Origin: Cystobasidiomycetes sp. EMM_F5
Taxonomy: Eukaryota
Assembly: GCA_051047955.1 (NCBI GenBank)
Contig: JBPGPT010000034.1
Location: forward strand, 124,001-167,068
Direction of reading: 5' to 3'
Length of the DNA stretch: 43,068 nt
Position 1 is the first letter of the stretch. Every line of letters begins with the position of its first letter. Below the pieces are notes generated by a model. That model did not search any database, was not told the DNA's origin, and saw only the letters and a program-made list of their open reading frames with translations. Positions 12,634-24,567 of the stretch are shown here, in pieces. Position numbers and translations under genes: made by a program.

Positions 12634-12656
12634 TGTCCAAGAACACGGAAATCCCA

Positions 12657-13382
12657 TCAAGCGCTACTGCCGTCGCACCGGTGACAAGGCTCTGAAGGCT
12701 CGATGTGACCGTAGACCAAAGTCTGTAGGTGGTGCTCCTGCGCCATCGCAAGGCACTGTGCGACCAAGGAATCTTTGCGTGCTTGTCTATGCTCTTCGAC
12801 AGACTTGTAAGCGATAGCGTACAGCACAATGTCGTGTTTGTTTGGGTCCAGAGCAGACTCAACGGCGTAGGGCCTCCCCTCGTTGTGCCATCGCTGCGTC
12901 AAGTTCATGACGGCATTCGTATGGTCCTGCAGTATCTTGTCCTCTTTCAATTGCACGCAAAAGATTTCCAGCGTCGGGTAGACGTCACAGTACAGTCGCG
13001 AAGGTCGTGGATCGAGATGAAAGTGTGCGAGGGCAACGACGGGATCATCTGCCAGTAATGGATCGAGATACTCCATGAATGGATGACTGTGTTTTGTATT
13101 TGTCGACTGCGATGTTTCCGCGATAAGGCTGTCTCGCTCTATACACACGTGAGCCGATGTAACGAGAAGGCATACAGCAGACTGACCGATAAGCCAAACG
13201 AGCAGCGTCTTGTCCTCTGCGAGCACTCCCCATGTTATTCCGGCGCAGTATCCAGGCTGCGATTTGGTATTTGATAGAGTGGCCGAATGGACCGGATCTT
13301 TGACAAGCTCGTCGCGGGTGTAAGGCTGCTTCAAGCGCAAAACCGACAGCAGCGTAAAGTTCAGGTCATAGTCGGCAGTCAT
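12657..13382 (-). CDS. ABM-like dimeric alpha-beta barrel protein, about 225 aa; intron 13139-13186
   Basis: SQPGYCAGITWGVLAEDKTLLVWLIE, HPFMEYLDPLL, HFHLDPRP, YPTLEIF and IAYKSVEEH fit the fungal two-domain ABM pattern. Confidence 0.65.
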   Translation of the reverse strand: MTADYDLNFTLLSVLRLKQPYTRDELVKDPVHSATLSNTKSQPGYCAGITWGVLAEDKTLLVWLIGQSAVCLLVTSAHVCIERDSLIAETSQSTNTKHSHPFMEYLDPLLADDPVVALAHFHLDPRPSRLYCDVYPTLEIFCVQLKEDKILQDHTNAVMNLTQRWHNEGRPYAVESALDPNKHDIVLYAIAYKSVEEHRQARKDSLVAQCLAMAQEHHLQTLVYGHIEPSEPCHRCDGSSA

Positions 13383-13631
13383 GGCATGAATATTACAGAA
13401 ACAACAAGCATTTGACTGTTCATCGCACAAGGCCTTGCCTGCCCCACATCCAAGTCCTAATGCGCATGCTGTGGCGATTATCAGAGACATCGACCGAGGT
13501 ACTCGGCATCGTACAAAGCCAAAACAATGGCCGACTTTCGTAAGTACGCGTGGAAGACTTCCAGACTGCCAGACTGATGACGAGGGTTGCATGTGCGTTC
13601 ATGTGTCCACAGGTTGCGTCTTCCCGAGAGT

Positions 13632-14336
13632 TCAGATATTTGGTAGTAGTATAGGCTGGATGTGTCCAAACAGGCGGATAGTCTGCCAGTGCTCCTTGGC
13701 CTTCATGATGGCGGGCTTGTATTCCGCAAACTCCCTCTTATCCGCATAGTGCTCCTCGATATCCTTCCAAGCCGATATTCTCATAATCTGCTTTGATGCT
13801 CCAGTATCGATGGCGGCTGCCCAAGATGCAGGCCTAGACGACTCTGCAAAGTGCCTGTCTATGGGTTGACACACCTTGACCGTGTCGTGGACAGTGTGGC
13901 CGTTGCTGAGATCAACGGCGCACACTTCGAGAACAGGTCGCGCTTCTGACAGGCATTCAGAGGGTCGGGGCGAGAATTCAAAGTGGAGCATGGAGGAAAC
14001 CGGCTCGGCGTGGTGCAGGAAAGAGAGGAAGCGGGTAGTGAAAGCGGGATAGATTGGCGACTTTGCAAACTGAACAGTGTGGTGCTGGAGCGTTTCCCAT
14101 TCTAAAGTACATAAAATGTCAGGTTCGGATTTAAAGACCGGACACAACGAGCCCATACCGACAATCCAAATGAACGATGCTGCGTCTTCGGAGAGGACGT
14201 CCCATAACACTGCGAGGCATCCCGGTTGCTGTTGCACAGTCCTGACGCAGTCCAGCAGCGCTTCATTGGACTCGAGCTGCTGCCGACTGCTCGGTCGCGG
14301 TAACCTGGCCAGCGCCACTTCAGTGACTGCTGTCAT
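13632..14336 (-). CDS. ABM-like dimeric alpha-beta barrel protein, about 215 aa; intron 14102-14158
   Basis: MTAVTEVA, QQPGCLAVLWDVLSED, IWIVEWETLQHH..FAKSPIYPAF, RPVLEV and SAWKDIEEH. Confidence 0.75.
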   Translation of the reverse strand: MTAVTEVALARLPRPSSRQQLESNEALLDCVRTVQQQPGCLAVLWDVLSEDAASFIWIVGMGSLCPVFKSEPDILCTLEWETLQHHTVQFAKSPIYPAFTTRFLSFLHHAEPVSSMLHFEFSPRPSECLSEARPVLEVCAVDLSNGHTVHDTVKVCQPIDRHFAESSRPASWAAAIDTGASKQIMRISAWKDIEEHYADKREFAEYKPAIMKAKEHWQTIRLFGHIQPILLPNI

Positions 14337-14759
14337 TTCCAGCAAAGCGACGATGTCTCATAAACCGGCAGCTGTGAGGAATAAGAGCATCTTGAGGGCA
14401 GAAGAAGACAGAACAACTGTGAACAGCATACAAAGTGAGTGAGCGCAAAGATCATATCAGCGAAAAAGCTTTATCGCCGTCTGGTCATCGGTCGGAGACA
14501 TATACCCGCTCCTGAAATTGGCTCGGCAGGTTGCGGCTCGAGCGGCAGGTGTGTCATGTCGAGTTGGTCAACGACAAGCTTGTTTTCATTGACCTTTGCG
14601 TTGCTTCAAGCAGACCTGCGCCATTCTCGGACTTGAGCTCCGGCGAGATCACGCTCAAACACCGTGCAGAAACAAGTCCCTCAAGTGAGAACGTCGAAAT
14701 TGCGCTCTTTCCCGTCTTTACAATAACGGGTTTTGGTTGTTTACAAGACGGTGTCACGT

Positions 14760-16249
14760 CTACTCCTTCTTTGCCTCGCCCTCCTTTTCCTTTTTGCCCT
14801 CCGACTTCTTTTTAGGCGCCTTTAGGCTTTTTGTCAAGAGCGCTTTCGTCTCCTCGTTGGAGATCTCGACCGAAGACTTGACCTTTTCTGTGCTGTACCA
14901 CACTGGCGGCAGTGACAGTCGCGTCGCTCCAGTCTTTGTGACTGCGACTGTTGCGTGCAAGGCAATATAGCTTTAGTCTTCCGCACACGCCATTCCAGCG
15001 CACAGCAGACTCACAAGTGATGGTAAAGGAGGCAACCAAGTCTGTGTCAGTGCCAACAGTCTGCACGTCAAACGCCTTCAACAAGCCGTGTTGCACGCAT
15101 TCACGGACCCTGGATGACAGACACTTGAATGTCAGCAGATAATTTCAATTATCACAGTACTCGAACGCTTACGCCAACTTTGCCCGAGTCTCATTCTCCA
15201 TTATCCGTAGCGGGAAGGGGAAAGCACCGGCCTTTTTGACAATCTCAGAGTATACTTCGCGGGACGACTTCATCTTGAGCTGGTATGTCGTCGGGAGACG
15301 ACAGTATATGGAAGTAGCGTGGTTTGACGAGTCCTTGGCCTGGGATAAGTGGGCATTCAGTTCTGCAGACAGTCTGCGTAGTTACGTAGCTAGCTCACTT
15401 TGGCCTCTTCGGCGTTGGTCATTGAGACAGTCAGGGTATACACTTCGCCCTCTTCGAGGTTATGACTGTTGTCGGAGTCTCTACGTTGTTCTGCAGTTGG
15501 GAAGGGGGTGATTGTCTTCTTTGCCTGTATATCATCCTTTTCCAAACGCCAACCGTGACTGGCGGCGTTGACCGACCCGCTCTCTACACCCTTGACCTTT
15601 GTCTTTTCCTTGTACTCGTCGAGGACCTTGGCGATGCCTGCTGTAACCTCCCAGTTCTTCGAGCCTGGTTTGACTGAGCGGAGTGCAATTTCGGCTGCCT
15701 GGTATGCCGCCTGCACGAGATCTGCGCGAACGTCTGCAGCGGCGTCTCCTACGACGACAGTCTCTCCTGCGATGGACGCGTAGCCGTCAATGTGCGCGCC
15801 AATGGTAATCTTTACGACATCATCCTTCTTCAGCGTCACTGCCGACTGGTCCTTGTCGGAGGGGAGGGGACTGCAGTTTGACAGGACGTTGTTGACGTTG
15901 ATGGTCGTGGGGAATGCGATTCCCTTGCTGACCTTGTCTGACCCCTTCTTGTTGTAGACCTTGTCTGCCTCGTGGTCTAGCTTCTTGTCGCCCTCTCTGC
16001 ACAGATCGAGGACGGATGCCCCCTCCTTGATGAGGGGAACAAGGTGCTGGATGGCGGCGTCTACGAGCTTGGCTGCTGCCTTGTACTTGTCCTGTATATG
16101 AGGCTGGAATGTCAGCTCTGATATCTTTCCAGACTGCTCGTCGGAGTCGCTTGTCGATAATTTGCCAATCCAGCACTCCAATTACTCACCAAGACTGCTG
16201 GAGGGAGTGCCGTTGACTCTGTGGAGGTCGTTGTCGCAGTGGGTGCCAT
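14760..16249 (-). CDS. Proliferation-associated 2G4/Ebp1 (curved DNA-binding Cdb4-like; inactive M24 peptidase fold), multi-exon
   Basis: DKYKAAA, KGIAFPTTINVNN, DVVKITIGAHIDGY, LEEGEVY, TTYQLKMKSSR, AFPFPLR and a Lys-rich C-terminus. Confidence 0.9.
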
Positions 16250-16590
16250 GACTGTGATGAGTGCGCTGGCAGTTGGGTGGAAAGAGTATTTGAGCCTTCA
16301 CGGATGGCTTCAATGCTTGATCGACTCTGCATACTACAAAGCAGTACAAGTCGAGCATTTACAATTGCTTGCACATTGTTGAAGTCCATTGTAATGAAAT
16401 GCAATGCACACTGCTATAATACTAATCATCAATGCAAACACCTTCAATCAATTGCAATCCCACATTTAAAAAAGGCCTGTGCGCGTCATTCGCAGTGCCT
16501 GGTGTTGACTGGAGCCCGACCATTACTGAACGCCAACAATGCCATACTGATAACCCATTCCATGCTGAACTGAGAGCTGACCTGCCCACT

Positions 16591-19500
16591 ATGCGTCGGA
16601 TGAGCAATTCGTTCAGCTCGCTCGGCTCGTCGCAGCGGGGGAATACAAAACAGCCTGATGGCCAGGATGTGTCGTCGTCCAATAACCTCCCAAAAGTGCC
16701 AATCAATCCACGACGCGAGCAGCACAATAACTCCCACAAAGACTCGCGCTCAGTGACCACTCCCCTCATCGACAGCGCCGGGCCAGTCGCAACGTCGCCC
16801 TCCGCGCACCTGCACAGCCTGCCTGCAGTCGCAGAACTGCTGTCGGCACGCAAGCTGTACCGCTCTTCCTACGTATGGCGTCTCGACCACCACCCCGCTG
16901 CTGCCATAAAGACGCCCGGAAAGCACGGCGCAGCAGGGAGGGCAGCAACAACGTCTCAGCCACCGGCGTTCAGGAGGTACTATATGCGCCTCGAAGACTG
17001 TCTGCTGTGCTTTTGGCCAGACGACGAGCTCAAGAGAGCCCAGGCCGAGAACGGGCAGGTCCATCCGACGAGCATGAACCTGACAGACGCCTTTGTGGCA
17101 TTGACGTCGACAAAGCCAGAGTGGATCAAGAGGTGCCAGGACTGCAACGCCCCGACCCCGTACTCCTTCTCTTTGAACAATGCTGGAGCGTAGGTACTGC
17201 ACCTCTTCCGAAATTGTATTTATACTGACCCGTCCACAGCAACTCTGTCATCCTCTGCATGGACGACGAGACGGACCAGGTGAGATGGATGAATGCAATC
17301 CGTCTGGCAGTCTGGGAGAGGCAACGACTAGAAGTCATGTATACTGCCGCAAGGCTCGGTATCCGCGAAGAACAGCAACGCCGTCCTGTTCGATCTGCCT
17401 TGTCGCTCACAAACAGCGGGGCAATGCAGGGAAGGGCAGAAGCTCTCCTCGACGTCCGTCTACCCGGCGACACAGAGTGGCGTCAGGTCTATGCCGTCTT
17501 GACGGAGCCGACAGTACTTAGCGACTACAAGGCCAAATATCCCTCACAGGCCGCTACGTCCACATCACTTCCAGTCAACGGGTCCTCGGCCAGCAAGAAG
17601 GAGAAACGCCGGTCGTTCTTTGGCTTGATTAGCTCGAGCAGTAAGCACGACATTTCAGGAACATCTGAATTTGGTGCGACCGGAGCAAGTGCCAATTCGG
17701 CATCCTCGCCGGTATCACAAGAACACAACCGAGATTTAGAAGATGGCAGGACAGGACCGACATTGGCTCTGTTTGGTGTGCTCAATTCCTCTCGCCCCGC
17801 ACCGAATTCTCCCAGTCTCAACCGCCGTCAGTCCATCGACGTGTCTGAGCGAACTTCTCCGACTGCAGGCTTACGGCTGACTGACAAGCCGATTGCGGTA
17901 GTGACGCACATTGACTGTGCTCACGCAGTGTGGCCAGAGAATGAGGCCTTTATCGAGTCGAGCAAAATGTTCAAGCTCTATGGTCGCTTCACCTGGCTGG
18001 ACCAGGTCATCAGTCATCATGCACACAGCTCGAGTGTATTTCGTGGTCTCGAAGATGTGGTCAGAAGGGATAATCGGGATGCTGGGAGAGCGGGACAGGA
18101 AGGTCAGCTGTTGTGCAATCTTGCGGTAGACGAGGGTGGTACCGGTCCGGCCAATGCTGTCAGAGCGACATACAAGACCGACAGTAGCGGGGAGTTGCTG
18201 AGCTGGATATTGGGCATATACGATGCTTTCCGAGTAGGCGATTACCTTTCCATCTGTACAGGGACGCTAGACTGACGATGTCGGATGTAATAAGCTGTAT
18301 GGGCGACCGGAACGAATGATCTACGATCAGAGATCTCCATACAGTCCGTACTTTGCTCAGCGTGAGTTAGACATCAAGACGACATTACACACAAGTTTGA
18401 CCGTCTCGCTCCTTGCTAATGCAGCTATTGGCGAAGCTCGCGGACTACTCTATTTGGCGCCAGAGCTGATCGAAGATATGCCCAATCTTCGAGATAATCG
18501 TCCAAGTCAAATCAATCGCGCTTTTGCAACCGTTTTGTATAATCGTATGGTGAAGATGGGTGCCATCCCTGGACAGCCACAGCATAACCTCAATGACCAG
18601 CAAGCTGGACCATTGCAAAAGCCTGTTTCGGACGCTCCGCCAATTCTGCCCGCACTGGTGACCAGCCAAAGTCGGCCAGGCACTGCAGGAAGCAGGGATG
18701 AGAGTGAAACTGGATCGAAAAGATCGCCGTTTATCAAAGCCGGATCCTTCCAGCAGCAGCCTCAACAAGGACGCCTCGGTCCTCCTTCCGCGGCAGATAC
18801 CAACGATGCTCATTCAGTGTCTGATACGAGAGGCTTTGCTACTCCTGATCCGATTCCGACAAGCCAACTTGGCCCTACAGGAAATGTAAGAGATGGAGAC
18901 GCTGAAGTCATCCAGGAGGAGCCATTTGCGCATGCGGTCGAAAGAGGCCTTCAAAGTCGGAATGACAGCTCAAATTCACTAAGTCTTACTCCCATTGATG
19001 TCACTCCGCTCAAGTTTGCAAAGGGAGGAGCAGATCACACTCGAGTTCCGGAACAACGTTCGCTCAATACTGCAAGTGACACCGGAATGTATCTAAAGGA
19101 ACAACCTTCGCTCGCTTCGGTATCCAATGGTCATCAAACCGGCAGCATCAATTCCTCCCAGTCTAATGCAGCAGATCACTATAATGAGATTCCTTCCCGC
19201 TCTACTACGCCCGCCATCTCAAAGAGCCTGGGACAACCATCGCCAGAGCCGTTGCATGTGTCTGATCCTGTCACGAATCTTTCAGGTCTGCCAGCTCAGA
19301 CTGGCGCACAACAGTGGAACACTGCTCCCGCAGTAAAAGATGACGAACCCGTGTTTACGGATGAACCTGATTTCATGGCCGTCATGAGTCTAGCCGACTC
19401 TCTTCCAGAGACTTCGTCCGTCCCTGTCAAGAACATGACTATACCGCAACGTTCAGGAGCGTCCAGTGCCCAGTCCCGCACATCGACGAAACAAACCTCT

Positions 19501-21417
19501 GCTAGCAATTACTCTGTCCGAGATGCTGACGGCTATGAACACCCCTACGATGGCATGGATTCTAATGCTTCGCCAATGACAAGTCCGCCCATGTCCGCCT
19601 CTACAGTAGACGGTCTTCCGACGCCTCGTCCACAGCGAGAAGAGCCGCCACCCAGCAAGAGTAGTAAAGCATCGGCTGGCCCAAGTACAGAGGGTCACAA
19701 TGACTACATTGCTGGTCTTGACTACTTGGCCATGACAGCTGCAGAGGATAGGCCACAGCCTTCTCGTCAAAGGCCACCGCGGGAAGCAGCGCCAAATAAG
19801 CCTGTTATGACCGTCAACACGGACAAGCGAAAGCTCTCATCTTCAACAGCAACTCACAACACATACGCATCATCGGCTGACGACACAGCATCCTCGGCAA
19901 TTTCGCCCGACGGTCCGCTCTCGCCAGATCCGTATGATGCGCCAGCTGAGAAGCAGATACCCGTGGTGCAAAGCAGATCAAACCAGAGTCAGAAGCGGAA
20001 GACATCTGTTCGGCTAGAAGAACCGGTGAAGACAACTCCTACTGCCAACGGTTCTGCAAGACGACCAGGAAGGGGAGTGCCCGTTGCGAGGAAGACGGGG
20101 AGACGCCTCGGCACATGGAGCAGCGACGAAGAGAGCGAGAAATCGGATTCAGATAGGAGTTCAAATTCGGGTAAAGGGGACGTTGACGAGAATATTGTGG
20201 GCCCGCCTGCAACCACGTCGCCCCAGCCCTATGTCACTTCCCAGGAAGCACCCCCGCAGAGTGCATCAAGTCCTGGGAACGGCAGCTTTAGGCGCTCATT
20301 GCCACTCTTACCAGGGCCGTCGACAGACCCTTACATCAACGAAAATGTCGTGTCGCCTGGAGCAGGGAGAATGAGTAATACGTACGAAGCTGAATATCAG
20401 CAGTACGCTCCAAATGATCAACGAGCCAGTGGATATGGATGGCCGCAACAGACACCTATGTCGGGGTCGCCATCGTGGATACAGCGACAGCAAATGCCAT
20501 TATCGCCTTATGGTGCGGGGTCTGGCTCAGGTGGAGTACCGTCGCCATACGGTAGTCAGCACCGTTTGTCTCCGTCTTTCGCAGGACCTGGCCACGAGAC
20601 TATGCTTGACTCGATTGAACAAAACCCTGAGACAGCAGGAGCCGATGGTAAGGCTATGCGAGATGCCGCGGTTGCCTCTTATGGATTGTTGCACGCTGGG
20701 ATACAGCAGCAGCAAGCTAGATCAGCGAAAGAGATGGAAGCTCAAGCAAAGGAGAATGGTGGGCCGCTACTTCAGCTTCAACACAAGACACCGGTCGCGC
20801 AGGCCGGTCTTGTCGGAGCAATCGCGACCCATGAGCGAGACCGTAAACGAGAAGGTGGACTTGGTGCAGCTCTCACCGAGCGTGAGCGAGAAAGACGCAT
20901 TGCCGAAGCCAAGCAGCGAGAGATGGACATGCTTCAAGCGCGGCAAGCCAGCGGCTTTGGCAATGGTCAAGGCATGATGCCTTTTGGACCTATGCAAGGT
21001 ATGGCCATGCCGAATATGGGGTTTGGCAACTTCAACCCTATGGACCCAATGCAGATGCAGCAGCGTAAGCATAGTCGCCTTCCTCGCTTCCGAGAGCACC
21101 TCCTAATGTCTATTTCGCTGACTACCACAGAAATGGCAATGCTTGCCGCTCAGAATGCTTATCTGCAAGCAATGTCCAACTTCAGTATGCCGCAAATGGG
21201 CGGCGGCAGTCCCTACATGTCTCCGCCCTTCTCGCCTCATGCTGGTTACGGAGCCCCTTCGCAAGTCCCTTATGCCGCTTCATACATGGGCATGCCTGCC
21301 TTTAATCAGGGAATGAGCCCGCAATCTCAGGGCCGGCCACAGCAAGGTCACTCCCCACAACCTCCGTACTCGCACCACAATCACAAGAGAGATGACTCTT
21401 TCTCGCGTCAACAGTAA
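16591..21417 (+). CDS. Caf120/Skg3-like tandem PH-domain protein, multi-exon
   Basis: PH1 (YYMRLEDCLLCFW...PTSMNLTDA...WMNAIRLAVWERQRLEVMYTA), PH2 (LDVRLPGDTEWRQVYAVL, AHAVWPE, LLSWILGIYDAF.LYGRP) and a C-terminal GLVGAIATHERDRKREGG block followed by an M/Q/G-rich tail. Confidence 0.78.
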
Positions 21418-21770
21418 TATCGTCTCAATGATTTGATTTAACGATCTGATGATTGATCAGGGGCAGTCGAAGTGCCGTGTATTCAGCTTTAGGGCAGTAA
21501 TCGCGAGATACTCGTTCGCGTAATGCAGCTTGTTGTGCTTTGCTAGACCTGCGAATAGAGATGCAATCTTGCAGAATACTCAGTGGTATGGCAATGTGTG
21601 TGCTGTAAGCCCTGAAAAGGCGCAGGGCATGTATCAAATCAGGAAGAGAGAGTGGTATGGTCGTATTACGCCCGACCGGCGGGACAACGCACTCGCTACA
21701 TGCGTCCGCGGAACTGAGCGACTGGCGAAAATTAAGGAACTGCAAATACAGGGAGAAGAGATCGTTGACA

Positions 21771-22394
21771 CTATTTAGATGTCGAAAGAACGCAGTGCGT
21801 CTGATCTTCGCTTGGATAATAGCCCGCTTTGCAAGAGTCTGTCATGAAACGCTTCTTCTTAGACAGAATATCGAGCTACAACCGGGGTGAATGTGACAGG
21901 ACTTACGAACTTCACATCTGCTCGCCGCACACGATACCAGCTGAACGTGAGGGATGCGCTCGCATTCGAGACCGCCTGCTTCAGGGCATCCACCACAGGC
22001 TGCGAGCTCTTGAGTAACATCGACTGCAGCATTGCGACAGGGCAAAACATACGGAATGTCAATATTGTGGGCCGATACACTGGTGTTGCGCTGCCGACTC
22101 ACGGCATTCGAACGCGCCGGACGGTAAGGCACATGCGTGCAGGTCACCCGGACACAAGCGGACATCCTCCCTCTTCTTTTGTCTGATTATTCCCTTTGCT
22201 CTGTCGGGATTGTCGAATTTGGCCTCGCGTTTCACCGCGGGCTGTATGAGGTGGTTTGTACGCGTGCCCAGGGAACGGTCCTGCTTTACGGGATGGAAGA
22301 CCTTGCCAGCCGGTCCATGCTGGCTGGCGCAGACAGCGCAGGCCAGCATAGTGAGGGCGAGAGTGAGGGATCGAAGCCAGATTGTCGAGTACAT
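21771..22394 (-). CDS. Secreted Cys-rich PriA/Cpl1-like protein, 158 aa; introns 22024-22102 and 21839-21906
   Basis: Signal peptide MYSTIWLRSLTLALTMLACAVCA. The spliced domain LCPGDLHAC..FECLDVTQELAACGGC...CERIPHV..VSCAASRCEVHSCKAGY...C has 10 Cys. Confidence 0.85.
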
Positions 22395-23019
22395 TAGGAA
22401 GATGTCGCGGAGGTCTTGGACTGGATGCTCTAAGAAGTACGCAGGGTTGGAAATGGTTAAAGAGCGTGATAGGGAATGGAAGAGACGGTGCACAATCTGC
22501 CTTCCGTAATGATACGTGTTTGAACTGTTTGACGATGTCCAAAGTCAGGAAGATGCGACGTTTTTGGTCTTGCCAGCTTCCTGCTCCGAGTCGCCTGGCC
22601 GCAACCTAGCACTTTGCGCGTGCCAGCTTCACCGAGCTGCCGCTTATGCCCCTGCTATGCGAAGCTTCTATGGACCTTGGAACGTTACGCAATCCGCTGG
22701 TAAGCTTCCACCTTTTTCAGTGCGAAACGCCGTTGTTTCAGCGCATATCTAGCGTCCAATGTCGAAAGGTATGCACGTTCCATCAGTCTCTCTAGTCATA
22801 TACGCGGCATGGCATGTCTGGGGCAAAAAGTCAGACGAGGCATGTAACTTATTCAAGGGGCAGCAACATGTCACCACGCGCATACGGCACATAAGCAAGT
22901 ACATGTACGCTTGAATCACATCATTCAGCAAGCTAGCAGCAACAACAACAACAACCCTGACGTTGACCTGTCTGAAAGTCCCGTTGACCACGCGCCACTT
23001 CTCCGCACTAGACCTGCCC

Positions 23020-24149
23020 TCAATCGTCGCCCAAGCGATACGCGACCAAGGCATCTACCTTGTGCACCGACGTACTGAAAGTGCGCAGCTTGACTTGTTC
23101 TGCCGTTCCAGAGATCATGTGCGCATCGTCCTCTTGCCAGGCCGTCGGGACTTCGGTGTCTGTGCCGGTATAGACTAGAATATTGAAGGTGCCTGTATTT
23201 CCAAAACCAACGTTAGGAGGATGTAAATCACACAGAACGCAAACAAAAGGGGTCACACGGCGGACGATCCGAGCCCTGCGAGATACACTCACACTTTTCG
23301 TCAATCACGGGCAGAAAAGTGACGCTGGCTGTTATTTGGCGGATAATGGCCTGGATCTCGGCATGTATCTCCTTCTCAGTCTTGTCCTTTCGCGGCAGCG
23401 TTTGATTCGGCCTGTCATGCTACACGTTCAATATCGGTATGCCGTCTGCAAGAGACCAACAATACTCACTCCAGCGGTCGATTTTCTTTTGCTTCATCGC
23501 TCTGTGACGGGTCATTTTCAATGCCATAGTCATCCTCCAGGGCAATATTGAATTGCCATCTTTCTAGGACTTCGCGTGTCTCTTTGGATAGTATTGCCAG
23601 CACCAATCTCGATACTTTACCGGCCAGCAACCAGGCTGCGAAAAGTTAGAAAGACGATTGAGCTGCGTGTGCGTTCGTTTTCGAAATGACAAAACGTACT
23701 GCTCAGCTGCGACATGATGCGCTTTAGATAGCTTGTCAAGGCGTCGTCCTGTTTAATCTCTGTCAGGATGATACGCTATTCCATTTCTGAATACACACCG
23801 TAGATACGAGCATGTTGAGACCATACTTCTTGACCATCTTGAAGTCTTCTGCTGGATAGATGTTGCGTTGGTAGAGGATGCTGAGGACGGACAAGTGGAC
23901 ATAGAGTCAGTGGAGCGCGTAAGGGAAACGGGACGTGACGTGACGCAGACACTCTTGAAGAGCAGAATGACTTGTCCCGTTCACTCGTCCCGTTGTCGAA
24001 AACACGGCGTCAACTTGCGTGTTTACTGAAAAGTCAAAGAACTCGGACACTATCTTTGTCGAGCCCTTGATGGAGATGGCTGAGCCTGACGCCTGCCCTG
24101 TCGCGCCTGCCGCTGTCCGCGACTTTGCGCGCTGCTTGGTGGCCTGCAT
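23020..24149 (-). CDS. MAD2: Spindle assembly checkpoint HORMA protein Mad2, multi-exon
   Basis: ISIKGSTKIVSEFF, ILYQRNIYPAEDFKMVKKYGL, EVLERWQFNI, EIQAIIRQITASVTFLP, TFNILVYT and EQVKLRTFSTSVHKVDALVAY. Confidence 0.96.
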
Positions 24150-24567
24150 GCTGATGGTAGCCAGGCAACAAGAGAGTGATCGGCGAATGATTCAATAGAC
24201 CTTTACGTTTGAATGCAGCTTGGTTCCGTACAAAGTGACCAGAGAATATCAGGTCAACATGATGAATCACTGCACAGCACCTTCCAACAAAGCTAGACGG
24301 CGACGCTGCGCCAGAGTACAAAACTGCAGCTCATCAATCTGTTAGATGACCAAACTTGATATCGTCCAAGGCTCTAGAATGCACGGCGAATGCTGCAGAC
24401 GACGAGAATAGTGCAGGATTGCAGAGATAACTACTGCCAGAGCCACGCCTGCAATGCCCTGAATGTCGAGATTGCTGGCCATGTCGTCTTGACCTTGACC
24501 ATCCTTGACGACTTGTGTTGAATCCCGTCGCACTCTGACTAGTTATGGGCCGGCCTGCTCGCCCAAC

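Noticed and set aside
13383..13592. N-terminal extension of the 311-aa ORF
   Set aside because: It begins upstream of the region homologous to the paralog and looks like intergenic read-through. The ATG at 13382 fits better.
11951..14336. Secondary-metabolite gene cluster around the ABM pair
   Set aside because: No backbone enzyme, transporter or pathway transcription factor is present in the window.
3053..24149. Chromosome-segregation cluster (DCTN3, CHM7, RNF212-like, MAD2)
   Set aside because: The genes are interspersed with unrelated ones and there is no evidence beyond loose thematic similarity.
24259..24265. Box C-like ATGATGA suggesting a C/D snoRNA in the MAD2/BCK1 intergenic region
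   Set aside because: There is no suitably spaced box D with a terminal stem, and no recognisable rRNA guide.
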